Positions 9,918 to 19,924 of a DNA stretch of 64,000 nt are shown in pieces. Each line of letters starts with the position of its first letter. Position 1 is the stretch's first letter. The notes beneath the pieces were generated by a model. The model did not search any database. It was not told the DNA's origin and worked only from the letters and a program-made list of their open reading frames with translations. A program made the translations under genes and the position numbers. The stretch is from Planctomycetota bacterium (GTDB lineage Bacteria; Planctomycetota; GCA-002687715; DRQF01): the NCBI GenBank assembly GCA_027001995.1, contig JALTLO010000177.1, forward strand, positions 11,193-75,192, read 5' to 3'.

Positions 9918-11117
9918 ATGCGCAATTTCAATCCAATCGCACCGGCGACCAAAGTCGCATCGATTAAGTATGCCGTCCGTGACATCCTGAGTGTGGCTGC
10001 TGAGGCCCAGGAGAAGGGCTTGGAGATGCTCTATCTCAACGTCGGAGACCCGAACATCTTCGACTTCGAGACCCCTGAGGTCATTGTGGAAGCGGCGTCG
10101 AAGGCATTGAGAGACAACAGGAATGGTTATGCCCCTTCTGATGGCATCCCTCAAGCATTGGAGGCGATTCGAGAGAATGCCGAAAAGGCCGGAATCCGGA
10201 GCATCCAAGATGTCTTCATCTCGAATGGCTGCAGTGAAGGAATTGAGATTGCTCTTTCCGCTCTGTGCAACGAAGGAGAGAATATCTTAACGCCATCTCC
10301 TGGTTACCCCTTGTACACAGCCTTGGTGTCGAAGCTCTGTCTGGAGATGAACCCATACTTCTTAGATGAGAGCAATGGCTGGCAACCTGATCTGGAAGAC
10401 ATGGCCAAACGGATCAACTCAAAGACCCGTGCTATTGTCTTGATTAACCCCAATAATCCGACGGGGAGCGTTTGCACCGAAGAGACTCTCCGTGGCATCA
10501 TCGCCTTGGCCAAGGAGCATAGCCTTTTGATTATCGCCGATGAGATTTACGGGGAGCTGACTTTGGACGGGGCTGTTCATATTCCTTTGGCGTCTTTGGA
10601 CGCAGAGGTTCCAGTTCTGACTTTTGATGGTTTGTCGAAGGCGTTTTTGGCTCCGGGACTTCGTGTGGGATGGGGCGTTTTGAGTGGTGAGGAATCTTTG
10701 CTGCGGGATTATCGTGGGGCCGTGGCTCAGTTGTGTCGTGCTCGTTTGAGTTCCAATCACCCTCAGCAATATGCGATTCGGCCATGTTTAAAAGACAAGA
10801 GTCACCTTCCTGCTTTACGGGAAAAGGTGGGGCGGAGGCGGGATATCACCGTAGAAATGCTCAATGCCGTCGATGGCATAAGCTGCGTTTCGCCTAAGGG
10901 TGCTTTTTATGCTTTTCCTCGTTTAGATGTACCTCAGGAAGAAGAGCAGGAATTCATTGCCAACATGATCCGTGCTACGGGCGTGGTGGTTGTTCACGGT
11001 GGTGGATTTGGCCAAAGGCCCAACACAGCTCATTTTCGCGTGGTGTTCTTGCCTCCTGAGGAGATCTTGAGAAAGGCCTACGGTAAAATCGGGGAATACG
11101 TCAAAACCCACCGATAG
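9918..11117 (+). CDS. Class I/II pyridoxal-phosphate aminotransferase (alanine/aspartate aminotransferase-like)
   Basis: PLP-lysine context FDGLSKAFLAPGLRVGWG and NPNNPTGSV. The ATG is preceded by AAAGGAG. Confidence 0.85.
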   Translation: MRNFNPIAPATKVASIKYAVRDILSVAAEAQEKGLEMLYLNVGDPNIFDFETPEVIVEAASKALRDNRNGYAPSDGIPQALEAIRENAEKAGIRSIQDVFISNGCSEGIEIALSALCNEGENILTPSPGYPLYTALVSKLCLEMNPYFLDESNGWQPDLEDMAKRINSKTRAIVLINPNNPTGSVCTEETLRGIIALAKEHSLLIIADEIYGELTLDGAVHIPLASLDAEVPVLTFDGLSKAFLAPGLRVGWGVLSGEESLLRDYRGAVAQLCRARLSSNHPQQYAIRPCLKDKSHLPALREKVGRRRDITVEMLNAVDGISCVSPKGAFYAFPRLDVPQEEEQEFIANMIRATGVVVVHGGGFGQRPNTAHFRVVFLPPEEILRKAYGKIGEYVKTHR

Positions 11118-11257
11118 AACGAGATTTGGAGTGTTTGAAAAATTTCCTGGTCCGCTTTAGCCGTTTCTCGCGTCTTCATGTGTGAAAGGTGTCCCCAGTC
11201 GAATTTAGGCTGCTGGTGCTTACCTATGTCCCACTTGAAGAAAGCGAGTGCCTCAAT

Positions 11258-12382
11258 ATGGCTCGTAGTGCAAAATCACAAAAGACAATGGCCGCCGCAC
11301 CAGCGGACAACAAAGCCCGCGACTTGGCTCTTGACCACACCCTCCAGCAAATTGAAAAGCAATTTGGCACCGGGTCAATCATGCGCCTGGGGGAGGAGTT
11401 TCACCACAAAATCGATTGCATCCCATCTGGCGCCCTGTCGTTAGACTTGGCCATTGGAGGTGGACTACCCCAGGGGCGGGTGGTCGAGATCTATGGCCCT
11501 GAAAGTTCTGGTAAGACAACTTTAACTCTTCATGTCGTCGCCAATGCTCAGAAGAAGGGAGGCGTTTGCGCCTTCATTGACGCGGAGCATGCCCTTGACC
11601 CAGCCTATGCGAAGAAGCTCGGGGTCGATTTTGAGAACTTGTTGGTCTCCCAGCCTGACACGGGCGAACAAGCTTTAGAGATCACTGAGATGCTTGTGCG
11701 GAGTCACGCTGTTGACGTCATCGTCATCGACTCTGTGGCAGCCTTGGTGCCCCGTGCCGAAATTGAAGGTGAAATGGGAGATAGCCATGTGGGTCTTCAA
11801 GCTCGCCTGATGTCTCAAGCTTTGCGGAAACTCACAGGTATCGTGGCCAAGAGCAATACTTGCATCATCTTCATCAACCAGATTCGTGAGAAGATCGGTG
11901 TGATGTTTGGCAGCCCTGAGACAACAGCCGGTGGCCGCGCCCTTAAATTCTACTCCTCGGTTCGTTTGGATATCCGTCGGATTGGTCGAATCACCGACCG
12001 AGATTCCGTGGTTGGCAACCGCACCAAGGTCACAGTGGTGAAGAACAAAATTGCCCCACCTTTCCGTGTGGTTGAGTTTGACATCATGTTCAACGAGGGG
12101 ATTTCTCTGGTTGGCGATATCTTAGATCTCGGTGTTGAGAATAAAATCGTCGATAAGAGCGGCTCCTGGTATTGCTACGGCGATACACGGCTAGGTCAGG
12201 GGCGAGAGAAAGCCAAGCAATTTCTCCGAGATAGCCCTGACCTGATCGAAGACATTCGTGAAAAACTTCTCGATAAGCTCGATCCGAAGCGCCAAGCCAA
12301 GGAAGAGAAACCGGTTCAAAAAGCGCCGGAAATTAAGCCAGAGACCAAACTCAGAAGCAAATCTGCGGCTAAAGGGGCTTGA
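11258..12382 (+). CDS. recA: Recombinase RecA
   Basis: Motifs [18 protein letters not shown] (Walker A), [10 protein letters not shown] and [33 protein letters not shown] 11189..12382 trimmed to the ATG at 11258; the ATG at 11288 is also possible. Confidence 0.97.
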   Translation: MARSAKSQKTMAAAPADNKARDLALDHTLQQIEKQFGTGSIMRLGEEFHHKIDCIPSGALSLDLAIGGGLPQGRVVEIYGPESSGKTTLTLHVVANAQKKGGVCAFIDAEHALDPAYAKKLGVDFENLLVSQPDTGEQALEITEMLVRSHAVDVIVIDSVAALVPRAEIEGEMGDSHVGLQARLMSQALRKLTGIVAKSNTCIIFINQIREKIGVMFGSPETTAGGRALKFYSSVRLDIRRIGRITDRDSVVGNRTKVTVVKNKIAPPFRVVEFDIMFNEGISLVGDILDLGVENKIVDKSGSWYCYGDTRLGQGREKAKQFLRDSPDLIEDIREKLLDKLDPKRQAKEEKPVQKAPEIKPETKLRSKSAAKGA

Positions 12383-12402
12383 TTTCTTTCGGGTCTCTGC
12401 TG

Positions 12403-12457
12403 GCGACGGTTGGAAGTCCTTTGGTGGCAAGGGCTTATGGTCGTCGCTTTTTCTTTT
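12403..12457 (+). terminator. Rho-independent terminator after recA
   Basis: Imperfect long hairpin with outer stem GCGACG (12403..12408) / CGTCGC (12442..12447) and inner CCTT/AAGG pairing, followed by TTTTTCTTTT. Confidence 0.6.
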
Positions 12458-12602
12458 CCCGACTGTTTCAAATTCCTTTCTGACCGTTGAGTCCTGACCC
12501 ATGTCCACATAAAATGCCGCTTCCCCAATTTGGGGATCCTTAAGGATTTGATCAAACAACCATGGGCGCTGAGTTGCCAATAATTCACGCCTGGAGAATG
12601 TC

Positions 12603-12788
12603 ATGGCAGTACCAAAAAGACGGACCTCAAAGTCCAAGAAGAACCTTCGTCGCGCCCACCATGCTTTGAAGACCCCGAACACCATCCGCTGCTCCAATTG
12701 CGGTAACTCGTTGATTCCCCACCGTGTTTGCAGCAATTGTGGTCATTATCGTGGACGTAACGTCTTGAATCTCGAGATGGCTGACTGA
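12603..12788 (+). CDS. rpmF: 50S ribosomal protein L32
   Basis: MAVPKRRTSKSKKNLRRAHHALK plus a CxxC...CxxC zinc ribbon (CSNCGN...CSNCGH). GGAG lies upstream of the ATG. Confidence 0.95.
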   Translation: MAVPKRRTSKSKKNLRRAHHALKTPNTIRCSNCGNSLIPHRVCSNCGHYRGRNVLNLEMAD

Positions 12789-12837
12789 ACCTCCCGCCAA
12801 CCATTCTTGTTTGCTGGATGAATCGGAAAAGCTGAAC

Positions 12838-13842
12838 ATGCGAATTGCTCTTGATGCCATGGGCGGCGATAACGCCCCGTACGAGATGGTCATGGGTGCT
12901 GTTGAGGCGCTCACACGGGAATCCGACTTCGAAGTCCTGCTGGTTGGGCGTCAAAGCGAAATAGAAGCTGTTCTTGATGCTGAGAATCCCGACATTGATC
13001 GGGAGCGTCTTCCAATTCTCCATGCCGAAGACGTCGTGGGCATGGACGAGAGTCCCGTTGATGCTCTGCGAAAGAAGAAAGACAACAGTATTAGCAAAGC
13101 CCTGGGCGCTGTCCGACAAGGAGCTGCCGATGCTTTCGTAAGTGCCGGGAACACGGGGGCGGCTGTGGGCGGTGCCACTTTGTTCTGGAAGCTCATCCCT
13201 GGGGTTAAGCGTGCAGGAATTGCTGTCCCTCTGGGGACCCGAGGCAATAGCTCCATCGTCATCGATGTGGGAGCAAATATTCACTGCAAGCCTCGTCACC
13301 TTCTTCACTACGGCATGATGGCTTCGATCTATTGCGAGCATGTTTTGGGGCAAGAGAACCCTAAGATCGCTCTTCTCAACATCGGCAGTGAAGACAGCAA
13401 GGGCAATACCCTGGTCAAAGAGACCCAGCAGTTGTTTGAAGGGGCTCCCCTTAACTTCATTGGCCACTGTGAAGGCGGCGATATCTTCGAGAAGAAGGCC
13501 GATGTGGTTGTCTGCGAAGGATTCGTGGGCAATGTGGTTCTCAAAGTGAGCGAAGGTCTCGCTGAAACCATGCACAGCCAATTCGAAGAGATCGTCGGCG
13601 GACACGTCAGCAACGATGAAAATGTTGGCATGGCTCAGCACATTCGTGAATTCCGCCGGGCCACAGACTACGCTGAAATCGGCGGTGGAGCCCTCTTGGG
13701 TGTAAACGGGATTTGCATCATCGCCCATGGCAGATCTGGTCGCCGAGCAATCAGCAATGCTATTTCGCTAGCGGCCAAATTCGTTCGGGCTGAAGCACCC
13801 AAGAAAATCGAAGCTGGCGTTGATGCGCTGCGAAATGAATAA
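12838..13842 (+). CDS. plsX: Phosphate acyltransferase PlsX
   Basis: MRIALDAMGGDNAP N-terminus and conserved position after rpmF. ORF 12811..13842 trimmed to the ATG at 12838. Confidence 0.93.
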   Translation: MRIALDAMGGDNAPYEMVMGAVEALTRESDFEVLLVGRQSEIEAVLDAENPDIDRERLPILHAEDVVGMDESPVDALRKKKDNSISKALGAVRQGAADAFVSAGNTGAAVGGATLFWKLIPGVKRAGIAVPLGTRGNSSIVIDVGANIHCKPRHLLHYGMMASIYCEHVLGQENPKIALLNIGSEDSKGNTLVKETQQLFEGAPLNFIGHCEGGDIFEKKADVVVCEGFVGNVVLKVSEGLAETMHSQFEEIVGGHVSNDENVGMAQHIREFRRATDYAEIGGGALLGVNGICIIAHGRSGRRAISNAISLAAKFVRAEAPKKIEAGVDALRNE

Positions 13843-13911
13843 AGCGAGTTCAGTCCTTGTTCCATATTCGGACTGAGGTCTTGTGGGCTCAAGAAGATAC
13901 CAGGGGAAATC

Positions 13912-14904
13912 ATGGTGGATACGCTGCGCAAAGTTGGAATCGCTGGTACTGGTCACTATGTACCAGAAAGAATCGTGCCCAATAAGTGGTTCGAAGACAC
14001 ATTGGACACAACCGATGAGTGGATCTTCGACCGCACTGGAATGCGGGAACGCCGATTCGCTGAAAAAGGGCAACCCTGCTCTGATTTGTGCATCAAAGCC
14101 GGTAAAAAGGCTTTGGACGATGCGGGTATGAAGCCAGAAGAGCTGCAATTGATCATTGTTGCGACTGTCACCCCCGATCATCTCTTGCCCGCAACGATCG
14201 CTTTTGTCCAAGATGGATTGGGGGCGATTAATGCCGGCGGTTGGGATGTCAATAACGCATGTACTGGATGGTTGTCTGCGCTGATGTCGGCCCAAGGGAT
14301 GATTGCCGCAGGAATCATCGACAACGCGATGGTCATCGGCGCCGAAGTTCTCAGTAGCATGATGAACTTCAAAGACCGTGGCTCTGCCATCCTCTTCGGT
14401 GATGGAGCGGGTGCGACGATCTTAAAAGCGGACCACCCAAGAGGGCAGATCTTGTGCTCGTCATCTGGCATGGATGGACGTCAATGGAAAGCCATTTCTC
14501 GTCAGGCTGGTGGCAGTAAGCAACCCGTGACTCATGAAGACTTGGAGACTGGCGATCATCTCATGGCTCTTCACGGGAACGATGTCTTTAAGTTCGCCGT
14601 TGCCAAGTTCCGCGATTTGATTCGGGAACAAGTGGCGACCCTGGGCATCGGCCTGGATGACATTGGGCTTATTGTTCCCCATCAAGTTAATCTTCGCATC
14701 ATACAATCGGCGTTGAAGAAACTCGATTTCGATATGGATCGTATCTTCGTCAATCTTCAGAAATACTCCAATACTTCTGCGGCATCCATTCCCATCGCTT
14801 TTGATGAGGCAAGGGCTGAAGGTCGTGTCAAGGAAGGCGAGCTTATTAGCTTCATTGCTTTTGGTGCTGGGCTCGGATGGGGCCAGGCCGTCATTCGTTG
14901 GTAG
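13912..14904 (+). CDS. fabH: 3-oxoacyl-ACP synthase III
   Basis: Catalytic triad contexts NACTGWLSAL (Cys), VPHQVNLRII (His) and NTSAASIPIA (Asn). Confidence 0.93.
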   Translation: MVDTLRKVGIAGTGHYVPERIVPNKWFEDTLDTTDEWIFDRTGMRERRFAEKGQPCSDLCIKAGKKALDDAGMKPEELQLIIVATVTPDHLLPATIAFVQDGLGAINAGGWDVNNACTGWLSALMSAQGMIAAGIIDNAMVIGAEVLSSMMNFKDRGSAILFGDGAGATILKADHPRGQILCSSSGMDGRQWKAISRQAGGSKQPVTHEDLETGDHLMALHGNDVFKFAVAKFRDLIREQVATLGIGLDDIGLIVPHQVNLRIIQSALKKLDFDMDRIFVNLQKYSNTSAASIPIAFDEARAEGRVKEGELISFIAFGAGLGWGQAVIRW

Positions 14905-14914
14905 AAAGAAATTC

Positions 14915-15838
14915 ATGGCAAAGACTGCATTGCTTTTCCCCGGACAGGGCGCCCAGAAAGTCGGCATGGCCGCAGACTTCGTCGAGAAGTTTCCGGCAGC
15001 CCGAGAGATGTTTGATCGTGGAAACGAGACCCTTGGGTATGATATCACCAAACTCATCCTTGAGGGCCCAGACGCGGATCTGACCCAAACTCGCTATTGC
15101 CAACCGGCAATCTATCTCACCGGTGCCGCCATTGTTTCTGTGCTAGAGTCCGAGGGGAAATTAGAGCGCAGTGACATCGCTTGCACAGCAGGGCTTTCCC
15201 TCGGTGAATACACGGCTCTTTATTTTGCTCAGGTGTTTACTTTTGAAGAGGGATTGACTCTTGTGGCCCGTCGTGGCGAAGCTATGCAAGAGGCATCTGA
15301 TGCACCTCCGAGTGGGATGGTGTCACTTGTTGGGGCTGATTTAGAAAAGGCGACAGCCGTGGCTGCCGAAGCTGCTGGGGACGATGTTCTCGTGGTCGCC
15401 AATCTGCTTTCGCCGGGACAAGTGGTTCTCTCCGGTACGAAAATGGCCTGCGCTCGTGTCCCAGAAATCGCTAAGAGTCATGGTATTCGTCGAGCCATTC
15501 CTCTCAAAGTTGCAGGTGCATTTCACAGTCCATTGATGGCATCGGCAGCAAGCAAGCTGAAGAACGTTTTGGATGGTATGGATCTCAAGGATCCGACGAT
15601 TCCAGTGGCTGGTAATGTGACCGGCAAGTTCATGACAGAGGCAAAGGAAATCCGACTTGCTCTCGAAAGGCAAGTGGTCGAACCAGTGCTTTGGCAACAT
15701 GCCATGGGGGCGATGATTGAAGATGGTGTCGAGAAATTCATTGAGCCAGGCCCCGGGGCTGTCCTTTCTGGATTGATGCGAAAGATAGATCGTCAAAAGA
15801 CCTGTGTCAGCTACGACAAAGTCGAAGACTTGGGCTAA
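14915..15838 (+). CDS. fabD: Malonyl-CoA:ACP transacylase
   Basis: LLFPGQGAQKVGM and nucleophile elbow GLSLGEYTAL. ORF 14801..15838 trimmed to the ATG at 14915. Confidence 0.93.
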   Translation: MAKTALLFPGQGAQKVGMAADFVEKFPAAREMFDRGNETLGYDITKLILEGPDADLTQTRYCQPAIYLTGAAIVSVLESEGKLERSDIACTAGLSLGEYTALYFAQVFTFEEGLTLVARRGEAMQEASDAPPSGMVSLVGADLEKATAVAAEAAGDDVLVVANLLSPGQVVLSGTKMACARVPEIAKSHGIRRAIPLKVAGAFHSPLMASAASKLKNVLDGMDLKDPTIPVAGNVTGKFMTEAKEIRLALERQVVEPVLWQHAMGAMIEDGVEKFIEPGPGAVLSGLMRKIDRQKTCVSYDKVEDLG

Positions 15839-15905
15839 GGTTCCTTCAACAATAATTTCGTGTTCTGAGACCAATGCAAGGGCCGGAATGCGCAAAGGAG
15901 AATTC

Positions 15906-16652
15906 ATGGATCTCAATCTGAAAGACAAAGTTGCTGTCATCACCGGGGCAAGCCGGGGTATCGGCAAATCGATCGCACTCGAGCTGGCTCAGGAAGGCTG
16001 TCACGTTGCTTGCATCGCTACGGCGGAAGAACGGGCTGCGGCGACAGCAGCAGAGGCTGAAGGGCTGGGGGTCAAGGCAAAAGCTTACGGTGCTGATGTC
16101 TCTAGCTTCGAAGACATGAAAGAGTTGTGTGCCAAGATTCTGGAAGATTTTGGCACCGTCGATATTCTGGTCAATAACGCTGGTATCACCAAGGACCAAT
16201 TGCTCCTTCGGATGTCCGAGAGCGACTGGGATCAAGTCATTGCTGTGAACCTCAAGGGCACATTTAATGCGTGTAAGGTGTTTGCCAAGACCCTGATGAA
16301 GCGCAAAGGTGCTCGGGTGATCAACATCTCAAGCGTTGTGGGTTTGGATGGTAACGGGGGCCAAGCCAACTATGCTGCCAGCAAAGCTGGTGTCATTGCG
16401 TTCACCAAATCCATGGCAAAAGAGCTCGGCGGTAGGCAAGTTTGTGTGAATTCTGTAGCCCCCGGATTCATCGAGACGGACATGACAGAAGGCCTCGGTG
16501 GGGACCTGCGAGAAGACATGAAGAAAGTGATTCCTTTGCAGAGATTCGGCTCAGCCTCCGAGGTCGGCAAACTTGTGACCTTTTTGGCGGGAGAAACTGG
16601 TTCTTATATTACCGGCCAGACGTTCGTAATCGACGGCGGAATGGCGATTTAG
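15906..16652 (+). CDS. fabG: 3-oxoacyl-ACP reductase
   Basis: SDR motifs VITGASRGIGKSIA and YAASKAGVIAFTKS. ORF 15804..16652 trimmed to the ATG at 15906. Confidence 0.93.
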   Translation: MDLNLKDKVAVITGASRGIGKSIALELAQEGCHVACIATAEERAAATAAEAEGLGVKAKAYGADVSSFEDMKELCAKILEDFGTVDILVNNAGITKDQLLLRMSESDWDQVIAVNLKGTFNACKVFAKTLMKRKGARVINISSVVGLDGNGGQANYAASKAGVIAFTKSMAKELGGRQVCVNSVAPGFIETDMTEGLGGDLREDMKKVIPLQRFGSASEVGKLVTFLAGETGSYITGQTFVIDGGMAI

Positions 16653-16838
16653 GGCTGTCTGCGTATTCCGTAAGGAAATGCAGCGAACTCGATTTGAAGA
16701 GTTTTCAGCATCGTGGTATTAGGATGCACACGAAACTGCAAGTTTTGATGCATAACGGGTCGGACGCGCAGAGGGCGGTCCATACTGGCGAACACGGTGT
16801 TCCCCAGCCCACGACAGAATTCGAAGGGATTGAAAGCA

Positions 16839-17075
16839 ATGTCGGATATTGCCGAAAAGGTCAAAGACATCGTCTGTGAGCAGATGGGTGCCACCAAGGA
16901 CAAAATCACGGACTCAACATCTTTCATCAACGATTTGGGTGCTGATTCACTCGATACTGTTGAATTGGTCATGGAGTTCGAAGAACAGTTCGACATCAAC
17001 ATCCCAGATGAGGATGCTGAGAAAATCCAGACTGTAGGTGACGCTGTTACCTACATTACGGCCAATAAGGACTAA
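16839..17075 (+). CDS. acpP: Acyl carrier protein
   Basis: [17 protein letters not shown] phosphopantetheine-serine motif. The 78-aa product starts at the ATG at 16839. Confidence 0.95.
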   Translation: MSDIAEKVKDIVCEQMGATKDKITDSTSFINDLGADSLDTVELVMEFEEQFDINIPDEDAEKIQTVGDAVTYITANKD

Positions 17076-17138
17076 GGTTCCCAGCCAACGCGGCGCGTAG
17101 ATGCCTGCGTTAGGGCGTCTTCTCCGAGTAACAGATAC

Positions 17139-17174
17139 GCCGCGTTCCCCATTCATAGGGAACGCGGCTTTTTT
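17139..17174 (+). terminator. Hairpin plus T-tract between acpP and fabF (terminator/attenuator)
   Basis: Perfect 11-bp stem GCCGCGTTCCC (17139..17149) / GGGAACGCGGC (17158..17168), followed by TTTTTT (17169..17174). Confidence 0.8.
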
Positions 17175-17194
17175 CTTTTGGAAAGAACGATTCC

Positions 17195-18448
17195 ATGTCT
17201 TCGATGCCACGCAGAGTAGTTGTAACTGGCCTTGGATGTACCTCACCTGTGGGGGTCACTGTTGCTGATACTTGGGATGCTCTCTTAGCCGGAAAGAGCG
17301 GGATCAAACCTCTGACGGCTTTTGATCCCACTGACTATAAAGTCCGCATTTGTGGTGAAATTCGCGACTTCGATCCAACTGTGGCTATTCCTCTTAACAA
17401 GGCCAAGAAGTTGGACCGATTTGCGAATTTGGGTGTGGTGGCTACCTATGAGTGCATGCGGGATGCTGGCTTGGGCCCAGTGAGCGAAGAAGAAGCACCT
17501 CGGGCCAGCGTTATTGCTGGTTCTGGAATTGGTGGACTCATTGAAACAGAAGCTCAGCACATCAAGCTGCTGTCCAAAGGACCCAACCGTGTTTCTCCTT
17601 TCCTGATTCCAAAATTGATGTTGAACGCCTTGGCAGCACAAATGTCTATGGCATTCAACTTCAAAGGTGCCAACTTTGCCACCGTGTCAGCTTGTGCATC
17701 GGCTGGTCATGCTATTGCTATGGCCATGCGATCAATCAAGTATGATGAGTCCGATTTGGTTTTGACTGGTGGTTCTGAGGCCTGCATCACAACCTTGGGC
17801 ATGGGTGGCTTTGCCTCGTTGAAGGCTATGTCAACTCGTAACGACGATCCAGAAGCGGCGTCGCGGCCATTCGACAAGGATCGAGATGGTTTCGTTATGG
17901 GCGAAGGCGCTGGCATCCTCTTGCTTGAAGAGTTGGAACACGCCAAGAAACGTGGCGCCAAAATCTACTGCGAGATCGTTGGTGCTGGCATGACAGCCGA
18001 TGCCCATCATATCACCCAACCAGCACCGGAAGCAGAAGGAGCGCAACGCTCTATGAAGCTTGCTATGGGCGAAGGTGGTTTGAATATTGAGGATGTTGAT
18101 TACATCAATGCTCATGGAACATCGACTCCCATTAACGATGTGAATGAAAGCAAAGCAATTGAAGCGGTTTTCGGTGATCACGCCAAGACTCTCGTTGTCA
18201 ATAGCACAAAGAGCATGGTGGGTCATTTGCTCGGGGCTTCTGCCGCCGTCGAATCGGTTGTCACCGTTAAGTCGATCGCTCATGGCATGGTTCACCAAAC
18301 TCTCAATCATGAGAACCCTGGAGAAGGTTGCAATTTGGATTACGTCAAGGGCTCGGCCCGTGACCGAAGCATTCGCGCAGCTCTCACCAACTCCCTTGGT
18401 TTTGGTGGGCACAATTTGACTTTGGCATTTAAGCGATACGAAGACTAA
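17195..18448 (+). CDS. fabF: 3-oxoacyl-ACP synthase II
   Basis: VSACASAGHAI (active Cys), NAHGTSTPINDVNE (His) and SMVGHLLGASAAVE (His). Confidence 0.95.
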   Translation: MSSMPRRVVVTGLGCTSPVGVTVADTWDALLAGKSGIKPLTAFDPTDYKVRICGEIRDFDPTVAIPLNKAKKLDRFANLGVVATYECMRDAGLGPVSEEEAPRASVIAGSGIGGLIETEAQHIKLLSKGPNRVSPFLIPKLMLNALAAQMSMAFNFKGANFATVSACASAGHAIAMAMRSIKYDESDLVLTGGSEACITTLGMGGFASLKAMSTRNDDPEAASRPFDKDRDGFVMGEGAGILLLEELEHAKKRGAKIYCEIVGAGMTADAHHITQPAPEAEGAQRSMKLAMGEGGLNIEDVDYINAHGTSTPINDVNESKAIEAVFGDHAKTLVVNSTKSMVGHLLGASAAVESVVTVKSIAHGMVHQTLNHENPGEGCNLDYVKGSARDRSIRAALTNSLGFGGHNLTLAFKRYED

Positions 18449-18460
18449 AGAAAGTCATCC

Positions 18461-19849
18461 ATGGCTCAAGTAAATCGAGAAGAACTCAAGCGGCGAGCTG
18501 AAGACGCAGGCCAGCAGCACCTCTTCGCCCTCGTCGACACCCTTGATGAGCCCGCAACCGCAAGGTTCTTCGAAGAACTGGCCTCCCTTGATTGGGACCT
18601 CATAGGACGCCTCAAAAAGCAGATGTCTCATGGAGGCGATCAAGGGGCCATGGATTTGGCTCCTGCTCCTTCGGTCCAGAAGGGGAGTGCTGAGGATGGT
18701 GCAGCTCATGCGAGGGGTGAAGAGCTGTTGAAGAAGGGGGCAGTCGCCGCCTTTATCGTTGCCGGAGGTCAGGGCTCTCGCCTTGGTTTTGATGGGCCCA
18801 AAGGCATGTATCCGGCGAGCCCAGTCCGCAAGCAGACTTTATTCCAGCTCTTTGGCGCCAAGATTGGGGCCTTGAATGATCGCTACGGCATAGAAATGCC
18901 ATGGTATGTCATGACAAGTCGCAGCAACCACGAAGCGACTTTGTCTTACTTCCAAGAACAAGATTGGTTTGGCCTTGGGGAAGACAACGTCAAGCTATTT
19001 TCTCAAGATATGTTGCCGGCCATGGATCAAGAAGGTCGTCTCCTTTTGGAATCTCCAGGTAGGCTGTTCCTCAGTCCCAATGGCCACGGTGGTTCCTTGT
19101 TGGCTTTGAAAACCAGCGGTGCCTTGGAAGAGATGGCATCAAAAGGAGTGGAGCAGATCTTCTACTTCCAAGTGGACAATCCACTGGCTGTGATGGCAGA
19201 TCCCATCTTCTTGGGTCACCACGATCTGCAAGAGGCTCAAATGTCGACCAAGGTTGTTGCCAAGAGAGATGCCGCAGAGAAGGTGGGTGTGGTGGGACTC
19301 ATTGGCGGTAAATATGGCGTGATTGAATACTCGGATCTGAGTGATGACGAGTTGAACGCCAAGAACGATGACGGCCAATTGAAGTTCATTGATGGTAACA
19401 TTGCGGTCCACATGCTCCGCCGAGATTTCGTTGAATCTCTCACAGCGCAAGGATTCGACCTGCCTTATCATGTGGCCAAAAAGAACATCCCAGACATCGA
19501 TCCGGCTTCTGGCGAGAGTCGTCAAACCCCAGGGGTCAAGTTCGAAACTTTTGTCTTTGACGCACTGGCTCATTGTGACAAGTCTGTTGTTCTTCAAGTC
19601 GATCGCGACTTTGAATTTGCGCCCATCAAGAATGCTGAAGGCAGCGATTCGCCTGAGACATCTACGGACGCTCAGTCCAAGATGTACGCAACTTGGTTGA
19701 AGGCCTGTGGCCAGGACGTTCCTTGCGACAGCGAAGGGTGTCCTTCATGCCGCATTGAGATTCATCCTCAATTCGCGGACAGCTTGGAAGCGCTTAAGAA
19801 GAAGAACTTAGGAGACCTGGATTTCTCTGGTGATCTTGTTCTTGAGTAG
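18461..19849 (+). CDS. UDPGP-family UDP-sugar (UDP-GlcNAc-type, UAP1-like) pyrophosphorylase
   Basis: IVAGGQGSRLGFDGPKGMYP and SPNGHGGSLLAL resemble the eukaryote-type UAP1/UDPGP signature rather than GlmU. Confidence 0.75.
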   Translation: MAQVNREELKRRAEDAGQQHLFALVDTLDEPATARFFEELASLDWDLIGRLKKQMSHGGDQGAMDLAPAPSVQKGSAEDGAAHARGEELLKKGAVAAFIVAGGQGSRLGFDGPKGMYPASPVRKQTLFQLFGAKIGALNDRYGIEMPWYVMTSRSNHEATLSYFQEQDWFGLGEDNVKLFSQDMLPAMDQEGRLLLESPGRLFLSPNGHGGSLLALKTSGALEEMASKGVEQIFYFQVDNPLAVMADPIFLGHHDLQEAQMSTKVVAKRDAAEKVGVVGLIGGKYGVIEYSDLSDDELNAKNDDGQLKFIDGNIAVHMLRRDFVESLTAQGFDLPYHVAKKNIPDIDPASGESRQTPGVKFETFVFDALAHCDKSVVLQVDRDFEFAPIKNAEGSDSPETSTDAQSKMYATWLKACGQDVPCDSEGCPSCRIEIHPQFADSLEALKKKNLGDLDFSGDLVLE

Positions 19850-19924
19850 CCAAGATCTGTCCTTGCCATTTTCGATCGGATCGTGAGTTTGATTGAAGGT
19901 TGAACTCCTGGGGAGAACACCAGC

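Noticed and set aside
12601-13728. 375-aa ORF on the minus strand across rpmF and plsX
   Set aside because: It is entirely antisense to two confidently identified conserved genes. The product is low-complexity with no recognisable motifs. This is a typical shadow ORF.
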